Shown here one piece after another: positions 25,741 to 39,722 of a stretch of 64,000 nt of DNA. The notes beneath the pieces are model-generated. The model was not told the DNA's origin and did no database searches. It saw only the letters and a list, made by a program, of their open reading frames with translations. The position numbers and the translations under genes were made by a program. The DNA is from the human T2T-CHM13v2.0 reference genome, Homo sapiens. Every line of letters starts with the position of its first letter. The stretch's first letter is position 1. The stretch lies in NCBI RefSeq assembly GCF_009914755.1, contig NC_060929.1. One strand, given 5' to 3'.

Positions 25741-26506
25741 TGCTAATGTCCTTCCTTGAGAAGCTCCTGGGGGCAGCATTGCTGATGTGATCACTTTACT
25801 GACCCTTGACATCTGTGTCATGAACCATGAAGTATGTTCATAGAAGGATGAATTCACTAAATATGATATCATTTTGTTCCCTTTATCTGTTAATAACAGA
25901 AAAGCATATGCTATGCCCCAAAGTTTTCTATAGCTGTGGCTTTTTAGCAGAAGAAAACTTTAAATCTAATTAAGCCCCATGCATGGAAAAATCAGATAAT
26001 TCCTCAAAGCAAACTAACACACATCTTCCCAGTGATGTTATCTTTACCATGTATTTTCCTTTCCTGCAACAGCTGAAATTATCATGGAGTTCCCTGCAGA
26101 GCCAAATTTTAATATACAGCAAACTAAATTGTGATAAGTTTGAGAAAGCAATAAAGCTAGGTATGTATCACTGGCATAACAATACAAGCTGATTGACTGA
26201 TTATTAGGAGTGATTTACCCAAAAATAGAATTTAAACATGAATGGTGGAGAGCCCAGGCCTGGGCTGGAAGAAACACACACATAGTTTCTGTAATTATAA
26301 ACAAATAACATCAGGTTTGGGTAGTACTTCATCCCTCTCCTCTACCTTCTCACCTCTGGGGTAATGTATGATATGGCCTAGAACTGACCAAAAAAAGGCT
26401 TCCACATCCTGGATGTCATTGGACACATTAGTGCAGCTAGATCAGTGAAACTCAATTTTGGGACTCAGTTATGATCCCTATGTTACAGGGATCATAAAGA
26501 AAAAAG

Positions 26507-26786
26507 AGCCCGGGCATGATGTAATCCCAGCACTTTGGGAGGCTGAGGCGGGAGGATCACCTGAGGTCAGGAGTTTGAGACCAGCCTGGCCAATGTGATG
26601 AAAACCTGTCTCTACTAAAAATACAAAAATTGTCTAGGCTTGGTGGCGTGAACCTGTAATCTCAGCTTCTCAGGAGGCTGAGGCAGGAGAATTGCTTGAA
26701 CCCGGGAGGCGGAGGTTGCAGTAAGCCAGTAAGCTGAGATTGCACCATTGCACTCCAGGCTGGGCAACAAGAGCAAAACTCCATCT

Positions 26787-26817
<31 letters not shown>
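26507..26817 (+). mobile_element. AluSq/Sp-like with 30-nt poly(A)
   Basis: Alu consensus with ggcaacaagagc; short deletion near the 5' end. Confidence 0.93.
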
Positions 26818-26819
<2 letters not shown>

Positions 26820-26820
<1 letters not shown>

Positions 26821-26940
26821 TTTCTTTCTTGCTTTTTTGCTTGCTTGCTTTCTTGCTTGCTTGCTTTCTTCTTTCTTTTCTATTTTCTTTTTCCTTCCTT
26901 CCTTCCTTTCTTTTCTTTCTTGTTCTTTTTTTTTTTTTTT
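26820..26940. repeat. Pyrimidine-rich simple repeats (TTGC/TTCC/T)n
   Basis: Direct observation. Confidence 0.9.
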
Positions 26941-27859
26941 CTCAATTTGCCACTGGGAGAAGTCTAGAGGTTATAAGGGCCACAACATAGAAAGAACCTG
27001 TCTGAGAGTGAAGCCAATACAGAGAAAATCTGAGTTAAGAAATGAAGATAACTGATTCTCAATTCTTAATATCATCATTTGAAACTCTGGGCCCTGCCAT
27101 GCCTGAAGTGAGAGCTATCTCTGTATTACTTAGATACTTAAGTTAATAAATTCCTTTTCTTGTTCACCTTCTCTCTCTCTCTTTCAACCAGTTCAGTGTG
27201 TTTCTGTCAGTTGCTACTAAGAAGTCTAAGGAAAACAGCAATCAACCTTTCTTCCCAGTGATTTTGTTTCTCTTTGTTTACAAATTATAGATTATTAGGG
27301 ACAGCTGTTGTATCTCTTTGTTGGAAAAATTACATATTATTTGGGACAGTGACCATTCAGACCCATGGATCCTTAGATCCATAGATTGATGTGCAATCCA
27401 CAAGACTCAGCCTTGCCCCTTTTCTTGATGTTTAGTGAGCAACTGAAATGTTTTTGGAAAACATAGCCTAGAAAGATTTATCATTTTATTTCCTAATGAA
27501 AAGTAAAATATATTATGAAATTCTGAGGCCAGAAACAGTTAAATGCTTACAAAGTTAATGGCATTTTCAGTTACTATAATAAAATGCAATATTTTACTTT
27601 AAAGATCACAGCCATTTAAAATATACCCAATAAATCTGCTACACTGATTTCACCACAATATTCTCTTCCTCATAATGTCTTTAATCCTGATAATTTCTCT
27701 GAAAAAAATATGTTAGGTTTCAGTCAAATTCCATGAGCAGCTAGTTTTATATGGTTTGCTTAATGTGTAGAACTGAAAAGGGAGGAATGGTGTCTCAAAG
27801 TACAGGTCTTTAGAGACTTGCATCTGAAATCCCCATGGTAGAAATAGTTTCTCAATTAG

Positions 27860-27945
27860 CTTTTCTTTTTCTCTTTGTTCCTTTCTTTTCTTTTCTTTTT
27901 CCTTCCTTCCTTCCTTGCTTCCTTCCTTCCTTCCTTCCTTCCTCC
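27860..27945. repeat. (TTTC/TTCC)n simple repeat
   Basis: Direct observation. Confidence 0.9.
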
Positions 27946-29145
27946 AACAATAGCAATGACAGAATTTCTGAGGAACTACAGACTTGGTACACACAGCTTA
28001 GTGAGACACATTCTCACCATTTAGTATCTAGTGGCAGAGAAGAGTATGTCAATTATTACAATGCGTTCTTTACTTTAAAAATCCCAGTGATATCTTCAAC
28101 GCTTTCATTGGAAAATTCTCAGACCCCCCACATTATAGGATGAATTTTGGGTAGGCAGTTCAAATTTGAAACTAGTTTATGAGGCAAATATGCTGGCTTA
28201 TCTGGTTTGGGTAACCCATAAACATATATATCTAACATTGCCTTGATGAATATGCTAAAGTTTAAAATAAAACATGAAAATACCGTTGATACTTTATAGG
28301 AAAGTACACGTGTAACCAAGGCAATGCTAAAAGACAAGTGGCAAGAAAGCCAACACATGCTATGCACTAGTGTGCTAAGTACTTTTATAACAAATTCCCT
28401 TAATTAGTTCTGACAACACGTTGTGAGGTTGGCACTGTAATCCTTGTGGGCCCATTCTCCTCTCCCCACTAGGCAGGCCCCATCCTCTAAGGCAGTTTTA
28501 AAGGCTGGAGGAGCCCTCTGTACAGTGCTGGATGTTCCAAACCTCGACAGCCAGGTGCAGGACAGTGAGCACTTGCCATTTCCCAGTCCTCCCGATTTCT
28601 GGGGTTTCCTTCCAAGCAAAGTTCTGATTAGACTAGGTGGCACAATGTAGATGTTCATCTACTTGATTTATGACTTACCTCTGACTCCCCAAAAGTCAGC
28701 CCCAAGAAGCAGTAGGTTATCAGTACCAGATGTTCTCCTATGCTCAGGCATGAGATAACACTTTCCTGTAGAAATTGTATTCTTCCTTCTGACACAAATT
28801 TTTGTCTGTGCTGAAATCCCCTTTCAAATTCCCTCGCAGATAATTTTTAAAGCAAAGCTAATTCAGTTAGAAGGAATTGTTTTCTTTGTAATGTAATTAT
28901 GTTAAAGCAAAGATCCTAATGTCAGGGCAACCTGTACAGTCTTTTGACCAAGATTTTTATTTCTATCTGTCTCGTAGTTTAAAAAATGAAAATCGTGCAT
29001 AGTTCTGCCTACATCCTCTCCTTGTTTTGTCTTTATCTCTCTGTGTTCTGCTTGCTCGACACACTTCCTCTCTTTAAGTAGATCAACTTCTGCTATTTCT
29101 ATTAGTTAACTTTAATCATCCTCCTGAACTACAGGTGGCCCTTCT

Positions 29146-29448
29146 TTTTTTTTTTTTTTTTTTTTTTTTGACAGAGTCTTGCTCTGTTGCCCAGGCTGGA
29201 GTACAGTGGCGCAATCTCGGCTCACTGAAACCTCTGCCTCCTGGGTTCAGCAATTCTCCTGCCTCAGCCTCCTGAGTTGCTGGAGTTACAAGCGTGTGCC
29301 ACCATGCCCAGCTAATTTTTTTGTATTTTTAGTAAAGATAGGGTTTCACCGTCTTGGTCAGGCTGGTCTCGAACTCCTGACCTGATGATCTGCCCACCTC
29401 AGCCTCCCAAAGTGCTGGGATTACAGGCGTGAGCTACCACGCCCGGCC
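29146..29448 (-). mobile_element. AluS (Sg/Sc-like)
   Basis: Full Alu; 14-bp TSD caggtggccc(t/g)tct at 29132 and 29449. Confidence 0.95.
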
Positions 29449-30284
29449 CAGGTGGCCCGTCTGAGCTCTCTCAATACTTCCCATGTTACAAATGAAAACA
29501 ATGAGGTTCAGAAATTAGTTACATTACTCACAACATAAGGCAAACATTCTAATTCAGAACTGATTTTTTCCAAAGCACATAGGTTTTACCCCATACTCTG
29601 TGGTCCACTCATGACTGGTTCATTTATGGTTGATTTAGGAAATTAAATTGTAAGAGATTGGACTTTTTTGATTACTTAACATTAATCATACCCTATGGCC
29701 AATTATCTTCCTGTGGAACATTTTCAATAACATGTAAATAAAATGTACATGTTCACATATTCACATATAAATAATATTTATTATTATTATTTCACCTGAA
29801 ATTGATTTTTCTCTTCAGACTTTTAATAAGAATCATTTCACATAGCCTTGAAATTTTAAAAAAAATTATGCTGCTTTTACCTACAGATCTTGTCAAAAAA
29901 TGTTCTCCAGGGGAGAAAAATCAAGCAATAAATAATGTACAAGGTTAACTCTAGTTTGATCAAAATAACATCTGCCATTAGTTTAGTTTGTATGATAGTA
30001 CTGGCATTAGTATGTGTAAATATAACTATTGAAAAAGAGCCTATGCCAGGTTCCAAATGGCCAATAACTATAGTTAGCACTGGAGGCTGAAAATATTTCC
30101 AAGTTTATCTATATTTTGAAGTTTTGCTTGCAGTTTATTCTGTGATATTCTTCTTACTTTGATGAACAGGATTTCATTTTGTTTAAAGGATTATTTGCAA
30201 TCTCATAAATAATAATTACTTTATTTTAAAATAGAGTATAGTCCTGAACTTCTGTTTTTTTTTTAAGATTGAAGTTATTGCTGA

Positions 30285-30608
<324 letters not shown>

Positions 30609-30719
30609 CTCAAGTTTCTAAAAGCGCTAATTATTGTCAGTAACTTCTACTAAACTCTTGTTCAACTTCCATTTTCTGCATTTAATTATGTTAATCTGCT
30701 AACAAGCCAGACTGTGATA

Positions 30720-30860
30720 TTCATTCATTCATTGAAATGATTTGAGTGACTATTATGGGTGAGGCACTGTACAGATACTGAGGATAAAATAGCAGGCAAG
30801 ACAAAGTCCTTACCCTCATAGTGTTCAGTGGGGAACAGAGATGGTCAGCAGCTAGTAAGC
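30720..30860 (-). mobile_element. L2 3' end
   Basis: (ttca)n tail, ggcactgt, gtccttaccctcatag. Confidence 0.6.
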
Positions 30861-31224
30861 AAATATCCCACCCACTGTTTCCCATCTTGGGGTGGTAAAG
30901 GAAAAGCTAAAAAGCAAAAACAGGTGAAAATTAAGGTTGAGAGTTCAATACTCTAGATTGAGTCTCATTGGTTCATACTTCAAAAAGATTCCCTTTGCCA
31001 CAAATTCCTGAATCTTGGCTGTAGCACTTTTGTTGTATCACCATAATAACACTGTCTACTTCGCTTCCATAACAGAGTGGCAAAACTTGGCCTAGTTAAG
31101 ACTGCAAAACAGGCAAAATTAGCATTAATAATTTATTTATTCATTCATTTCAACAAACATGTATTAGTTATGTTACATACTTTTGGAAGACCTGAATTGT
31201 AAAGATCAAAAATTATACACAGAA

Positions 31225-32167
31225 AGACTTCTGCTTTGGGGCAGGATGTGATAGGCCAATACTCTTACCTGAACAAATGGAAAATATTAAAAAAGTCATT
31301 TTCAAAAGCACCTGAGAGCTGTGAAAGCAACGAAGACTAAGTGAACTAAAATTCCAGAGAGAGAAAGAGAGAATAATTTCGAGGTGATCTGATGATTGCT
31401 GGCTATTTTTCTCTCAGGACATTTTGTTGGTTCTGGGAGTACACTGATGGTTTGGGCTTGACCCAGGTAGAGGGACTCTGCTGCAAAAAGAGAAACCAGT
31501 GAAGCTTTTAATAATCCTGTGGAGCACTGGAAACTTGAGGAGCCTCAAATGCATGCTTGTTTCTCCCCATTGTACTGAAATCTCCCACAGTCTCATAGAG
31601 CTTAGAAAACAAAGACTCTTCAGGAAGAGGCCTGCTTCAAACACATGTCCAATCTCCCTCTGAAGACATTTATCAGATCTTGAAGTTGCATGGGGGAGGA
31701 GGCCAAAAAGTAAGCTGAAAACTTCCAAATGGCAGAAATGTATCTCCTACAGCCTTTCAATATGAGGAAGAGCCAAAGAACCACCATGCTTGCAATGAAG
31801 AGCCTGGGATAGCCATGGCTCAGGAACATGATTAAATCAGAAATAGACTGACTTTTACTAAAACTTTATCTCTGTTCAATTTACGATTGGATTGAAGTGA
31901 TTGGACCCTTTTATGTGCCAAACAGAGATGTATTAGTCTGCTTGAGCTGCCATAACAAAATAGTGCAGACCGGGTGGCTGACATAACAGAAAATTTACTT
32001 CTCACAGTTTTGAAGACTGAGAAGTCCACGATCAGCATTCTGGTTAGTTGGGTTTCTGGGGAGGCCCCTTTTCCTGGCTTGTAGACTGCTACCTTCTCAT
32101 TACACCAGCACATGGCCTTTCCTCTTTCTGGGCTGCATGCTCATGGGGGCGGTGGGGGGCGGGGGGC

Positions 32168-32210
<43 letters not shown>

Positions 32211-32595
32211 TCTCTCTCTTCCTCTTCTTATAAGGCCACCAATCCTATGAGATCAAAGTCCCACCCTTATGACCTAATTTAACCTTGATTACTTCCTTAG
32301 AGGCCTCGTCTCCAAATATAGTCATATTGGGGGTTAAGGCCTTAACAAATGAATTTAGGAGAACATAATTCAGTTTACAGCAAGAAGATAAATTATTTTT
32401 GCGTGGAATATAATAATATCTGAAACCTCCACAGGTCCTTTATACATAACATTCTACCTACAAATAAGAGTCACTACACATGTGAAGCAGCAATGTCATA
32501 TGACCAATAATCAAGAGAGGAAAAAAAAGCAAAACAAGCAAATAGATGATCTGCATAATTGAAGTTAACAGACAAGAACTTTAAAACAACCATAA
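31225..32595 (+). mobile_element. Old L1M 5' region interrupted by MLT1A0
   Basis: gacttctgctttgggg start and L1M-type 5' UTR/ORF1 lead-in motifs. Confidence 0.5.
31929..32382 (-). mobile_element. MaLR solo LTR, MLT1A0-like, with internal G-run and (GA)n
   Basis: tgtattagtctgcttgagctgccataacaaaata...cttataaggccaccaatcc...attcagtttacagca. Confidence 0.88.
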
Positions 32596-32599
32596 TTGG

Positions 32600-34670
<2,071 letters not shown>

Positions 34671-34764
34671 GAATGTAAATAATAGTATAACTGGAAAGCC
34701 TTAGAACATTGCAGGATTCTTAAGGGATAAGCAAAGAAAGTGATCGCCTGAGATAGAAGTGTCT

Positions 34765-35617
34765 CTTGCTGTGAATATTGTTGAAATGACAACAAAGGAT
34801 TTAGAATATTACACAAATTTAGTTAATAAAGCAGCAAAAGGGTTGCAGAATTGACTCCAATTCTGAAAGAAATTCTACTTCTACTGTGGATAAAATGCTA
34901 TCAAACAGCATTGCATGCTACAGAGAAGTCTTTCATGGAAGGAAGAGTCAATCCATGTGACAAACTTCATTGTTATCTTATTTTAAGAAATTGCTACAGC
35001 CACCCCAACTTTTAGCAACTACCACTCTGGTCAGTCAGTAGTTATCAATGTCGAGCCAAGAGCCTCCACCAGCAAAAAGTTTACAACTTGCTGAAGGCTC
35101 AGATGATGGTTAGCATTTTTAGCAATAAAGTTTTTTTGTTTTGTTTTTGATTTCTTTTCTTTCTTTCTTTCTTTTTTTTTTTTTTTTTTTTTGAGGCAGA
35201 GTCTTGCTCTGTCACCCAGGTGGGAATAGTAGTGTGATCATGACTCACTGCAGCCTCAACCTCCTGGGCTCAAGTGATCCTCCCACTTCAGCCTCCCAAG
35301 TAGCTGGGACTATAGCCCCCACACTTGGCTAACTTTTAAATTTTTTGTAGAGACGGGGGTCTCACTGTGTTGCCCAGGCTGGTCTTGAACTCCTGGCCTC
35401 AAGTGATCCTCCATCCTTGGCCTCCTAAAGTGCTGGGATTACAGGCATGAGCCACCATGCCCCAAAATATTTGTACATTGCTTTTTTAGACATAATGCTA
35501 TTGCACACTTAATAGACTACAGTGTATTGTAAACATAACTTTTATATGCACCAGGGAACCAAAAATTTGTGAGACTCACTTTATTCGAGACCCTCAGTAT
35601 CTCCAAGGTATGCTCGT
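34765..35617 (+). mobile_element. Tigger1 DNA transposon 3' part, interrupted by an AluJ
   Basis: gctgtgaatattgttgaaatgacaacaaaggatttagaatatt...gctgaaggctcagatgat; terminal tatctccaaggtatgctcg followed by TA. Confidence 0.9.
35131..35464 (-). mobile_element. AluJ
   Basis: Alu consensus with J-type features. Confidence 0.92.
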
Positions 35618-36241
35618 ATAAGAAAATGTATGTATGTCTGCTAATTTGTACAAAAAAGAAAATATAACCCTGACCTTAAAGAAACTAGTTACCTATGGGG
35701 CATGAGGGAAGAAAGAATAGCTGAAATTGAAATGGAGTAGTAAGGATAAGAAGAAAATGATACTTCTCTAAGTATACCTTAATGTATAGCTCTGACTCTC
35801 AGAACCCAGGGCCTGCCAGTTGGTTTAGCACGACATGAGGCCCACAGCCGGGTCTTCCTCAAGGTTGGACACAGGAGGCCACCAGGGATGCAATACTCAG
35901 TCCTTAGTTTTGCACTCTTCACACAAACTAGATTCCATTTATAAAATAACTTATAGTTCTTTGTCTAGATTTTTTAATCTGAAAATAATACTCTATTTAG
36001 AGCAATGGTTAAAAGAAAAATCAATTTTTAACTACCAAATGAATAATTTTATTTCTAATCTGCCAATTACGAGCTTATAACCAATCCTTTTTAACACCCA
36101 CAAGGTGCCCCAGGCACTTTTCACAGCTCTGGACAATCAAACTAGCTAATTCTCAGATGGTTGACTTGGTGCAGGGGTTAATTACCTCCTTAACGCGTTC
36201 CTCTGTCTTTCTGAGCACTAACTGCTGTTAATTACCTTCAA

Positions 36242-36384
36242 TTTTTTGTGGTAAGAACATTTAAAATCTACTCTGAGCAATTATGAAATATACATTAGTA
36301 TTTATTATAGTCACTATCCATTGTACCCCATAAATATATAACATATAGTATTATTATTTGTCTATTAAAAATAAAATCTAAAGA
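36242..36384 (+). mobile_element. Short 5'-inverted L1MA 3' end
   Basis: Antisense segment (ttttttgtggtaagaacatttaaaatctact...) joined to a sense terminal segment (ttgtaccccataaatatata...attaaaaataaaat); TSD on both sides. Confidence 0.75.
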
Positions 36385-36883
36385 AATTATCTTCAGTTTG
36401 TGAGGCAATCACAGGAGAAGGACAAAGGGAAGACTGGGAACTTGTACACTCTGCATTTCATCATTTGTGTGCAATTACTAAACCAGTTGAGGAGCCTCCT
36501 CTTTTCACACTCGGTGGCTTGCGTTGTGCCATATTTGCTACAAAGACTTATTATCACCATAAGCCATATGTCCTGATTATCCTGGTTTAACTCTATTAAA
36601 TTTGAACCTTTTAATTTAAGTTGCTAATGTTATTTAGCCTTGTTTCCTTGGTATAGGTCGCAAAATTAGAGCTGTATTTGAATTCTGACTTTTGCTTACT
36701 GACGTTGGGCAAAACCCCTTTGAATCTTGATTTTTCCATCTCTAAACTTGCAATAATAATAATTGTATATAATAAAACCTATATCACAGTGCCAATTACC
36801 AGTAACATTTAATAAATCAATTTCTCCCCATTTATTTGTATTTAATCTTCCTCTGTAGTCAGTGAGAACTCATATTCTATCAC

Positions 36884-37182
36884 TTTTTTTTTTTTTTGAG
36901 ACAGGGTCTTGCTTTGTCACCTAGGCTGGAGTGCAGTGGTGTGAACACAGCTCACTGCAGCCTTGACCTCCTGGGCCCAAGCAACCCTTCTGCCTCAGCC
37001 CCAAAAGTAGCTAGGACTACAGGTGCATGCCACCACACCCAGCTTATTTTTGTATTTTTCTTAGAGACGGGGTTTCACCATGTTGCCCAGGCTGGTCTGG
37101 AACTCCTGAGCTCAGGCCATCCACCCACCTCAGCCTCCCAAACTGATAGGATTATTACAGGCATGAGCCACTGCACCTGGCC
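36884..37182 (-). mobile_element. AluJ
   Basis: Full Alu with J-type features. Confidence 0.93.
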
Positions 37183-37229
37183 CTGTTGGTACTTTAAAAG
37201 ATTACACAGAACTGAGTTTCCTAAGGTCA

Positions 37230-37770
37230 TTTGTCTCAGTCAAGGTTTGTGACTGCAAGCAACAGAAACTTTAACTTTGGCTGATTCAAGGAGAAAATTA
37301 ATTAATGGATATTGGGCAGATTATAAAATTTCCAGGAAATCTTGAGAACCAGACTTGGAGACTACATAATCAGGAAAAAACGCTGCAAAATAAGCCTCAG
37401 AACTATTGGGAGCCACACCTCTGCTTTTGCAGTGGGTACAGGCATCTTTTCTGATCCGGGAGTCAGAATGACACTACCAGATCACTGAGCGTTGGTCTCT
37501 AGGTGTGACCGTGGTAGAATTGAGTCCTTGGCGATCTCTGATTCTTCATGTCAACAGCTTCTGAACCAAATTCTAGGGCACACTCATCAGATTAGCCAAG
37601 GCTACAGCTTTTGTCTGTGCACTGGCTACAGAGGAGAATGGAAAAATGTCTGTGAGATTTTTTTCAACTTATCTAGGGGGAGTTGAACCATGTCTCATAA
37701 AGTGAGGTCTCTCAAAATAGGAAAGGGGGTCAGGTACTGGTCAGTCAAAAAAAATGACAAATGCCTACTA
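37230..37770 (-). mobile_element. Old MaLR LTR (MLT1K/L-like)
   Basis: tctcagtcaagg...tgcaagcaacagaaac...ggatattggg start motif. Confidence 0.55.
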
Positions 37771-37841
37771 CAGAATTTCAGGAGATGTACTAGGCATCGC
37801 ATGAAAAAATGGGGGTATATTCCATAATCAAATAAATTGGG

Positions 37842-38407
37842 TGTATTTGTCAGGGTTCTCCAGTGAAACAAACAGAACAATAGGAGATATATCTATATCT
37901 ACATCTGTATCTAATACATATCTATATCTGCATGTGTGTGTATGTATACACACATATATATATCACACTAAATAAGATTGTGCAGAATTGGCTTGTATGA
38001 TTATGGGGGCTGTGAAGTCCCACAATCTGCCATCTATGAGCTGGAGACCCAGGAAAGCCGGTGGTGCAGTTTGAAGGCCTGAGAGCCAGAGAGACAATGG
38101 TGTAGATTCCAGTCTGAGTTTGAAAGCCTGAAAACCAGGAGCACTGAGGACAAGAGCAGATCAATGTTCCGGATCAAGTAGGCAGAGGGCAAATTCAACT
38201 TTCCTCAGCATTTTTGTTCTGTTCAGGCTTCAACTGATTGGATGATGCCTTCCCATATTGGAAAGGGTCATTGCTTTACTCAGTTCACCAATTCAAATGT
38301 TAATGTCTCCACAAACATTGTCATAGACACATCCAAAAATAATGTTTATCCAAATATTTAGGCATCTCATGGCCCAGTCAAGTTAATTCTTAAAATTAAC
38401 TCTCACA
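37842..38407 (-). mobile_element. ERVL solo LTR, MLT2B-like
   Basis: tgtatttgtcagggttctccag...gcccagtcaagtt...aaaattaactctcaca; perfect 5-bp TSD ttggg. Confidence 0.92.
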
Positions 38408-39274
38408 TTGGGAAAACGCTCCTTCCCCTTCTTTCTTCCCCCTACCCCACCCCCTTGCTCTACCTTCACCTTGCTTAAACCTTCTCATTCTTCAGGCAAC
38501 TTCTCTCTCTCCTCACTCAAGAAAGTGTATGGAATTTTAGTAAAAGGTAATGGCATAAGGCTAAGGATAATTTTGAAGTCTCTCTAATTTCAGATAAAGA
38601 GATAAATCATTATATATGTTTTATATGTATTGATTATTATCAGCAAATATATTAGGCTATAGTTGATTATGAAACACAGTAAGTCATGATGTTATGACTG
38701 AAGCATGTGGATTTAGGTCAAACAGTATCAGAAAAACAGTCTTAAAATATACTGGTTGGAAGTTTTTCTGTGAGCAACACTAACACTCAACCAAGACCCC
38801 AGTGTGTTTTGCTACATCCGCCTTCCCTTCTTTACTTTCTATTGAGGAGAGCAGTCTATGTTGTTGCTAATATTACTTTGTTGTGATGTCCACTTAAGCT
38901 TCCAATATCTTTCTAAGTAACCTTCAATCAATTCTAAATAACTACAAATTTAAATACAACTTTGTAACTAGCTAACATTAATTGCTGCTTTCCACAATTA
39001 CAGTGTTTCTCAAATGATTATGTCCATAAGCTAGTTAATGTACAGCGCTCTCCATTCTAGCCTATTATGTCTACAAATCATTCTGTGGCATCTGGTAGTG
39101 CTGATTTGTGTGTTATCCTGTCACCTTATTGAGCTTTTATCCTGTTAGTGACCCTGCTGCCACAAGCCTCACATCATTTAGTATAAATTAGCTGTGGCTC
39201 CATGCTTTACCAGTGGAGTTGTGTGTGGGTATGTTTATCTTAAAAAAAAAAACCTACTGTTTTGTTAGTATCTT

Positions 39275-39556
39275 AATTTTTTATTTTATTTTTCCAGATT
39301 TTTTTCAACTTTTATTTTCAATTTGGTGGTACATGTACAGGTTTGTTACCTGGGTATGTTGCATAATGCTGAGGTTTGGGGCATGAATGATTCCGTCACC
39401 CAAGTACTGCACATAGTCCTCAACAGTTAGTTTTTCAACTCTTGTCCCTCTCTCTCCCTCCCTCTTCTAGTGGTCCCCAGTGTCTATTGTTGCCATCTTT
39501 GTCTATGTGTACTCAATGTTTAGCTTCCACTTATAAGTGAGAACATGTGGTATTTA
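39275..39556 (-). mobile_element. L1PA16/L1PB-like 3' end
   Basis: ggtacatgtacaggtttgttacctggg...ccacttataagtgagaacatgtggtattt. Confidence 0.88.
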
Positions 39557-39569
39557 CTTAAGACCAAAT

Positions 39570-39722
39570 GTTTTCTGTTTGCTTGTTTTTCTTAGAGACA
39601 GGGTCTCACTTTGTCACCCAGGCCGGTACAATCATAGCTCACTGCAGCCTCAAACCTTGGGCTTAAGCGATCCTCCCACCTCAGCCTTCCTGGGACTACA
39701 GGTGCGAGTCACCAAGCCATCT
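39570..39722 (-). mobile_element. Alu monomer (FLAM/FRAM-like)
   Basis: Single diverged Alu arm. Confidence 0.8.

Larger units (their letters stand above)
26330..27238 (+). mobile_element. MLT1J-like LTR interrupted by an Alu and simple repeats
   Basis: cctgtctgagagtgaagccaatacagag...gccatgcctgaag...ttaataaattcc...tttctgtcagttgc. Confidence 0.65.

Noticed and set aside
26740-28143. K-rich and F/L/S-rich ORFs resembling membrane peptides
   Set aside because: Translations of poly(A) and TTCC/TTGC simple repeats
35876-35895. CTCF-like motif gccaccagggatgca
   Set aside because: Mismatches in the critical GGGGGC core
36896-37252. Alu-derived ORFs (also at 3275, 11184, 21388, 29179, 30360, 45001)
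   Set aside because: Typical antisense-Alu translations ([11 protein letters not shown]...), with no evidence of being exons
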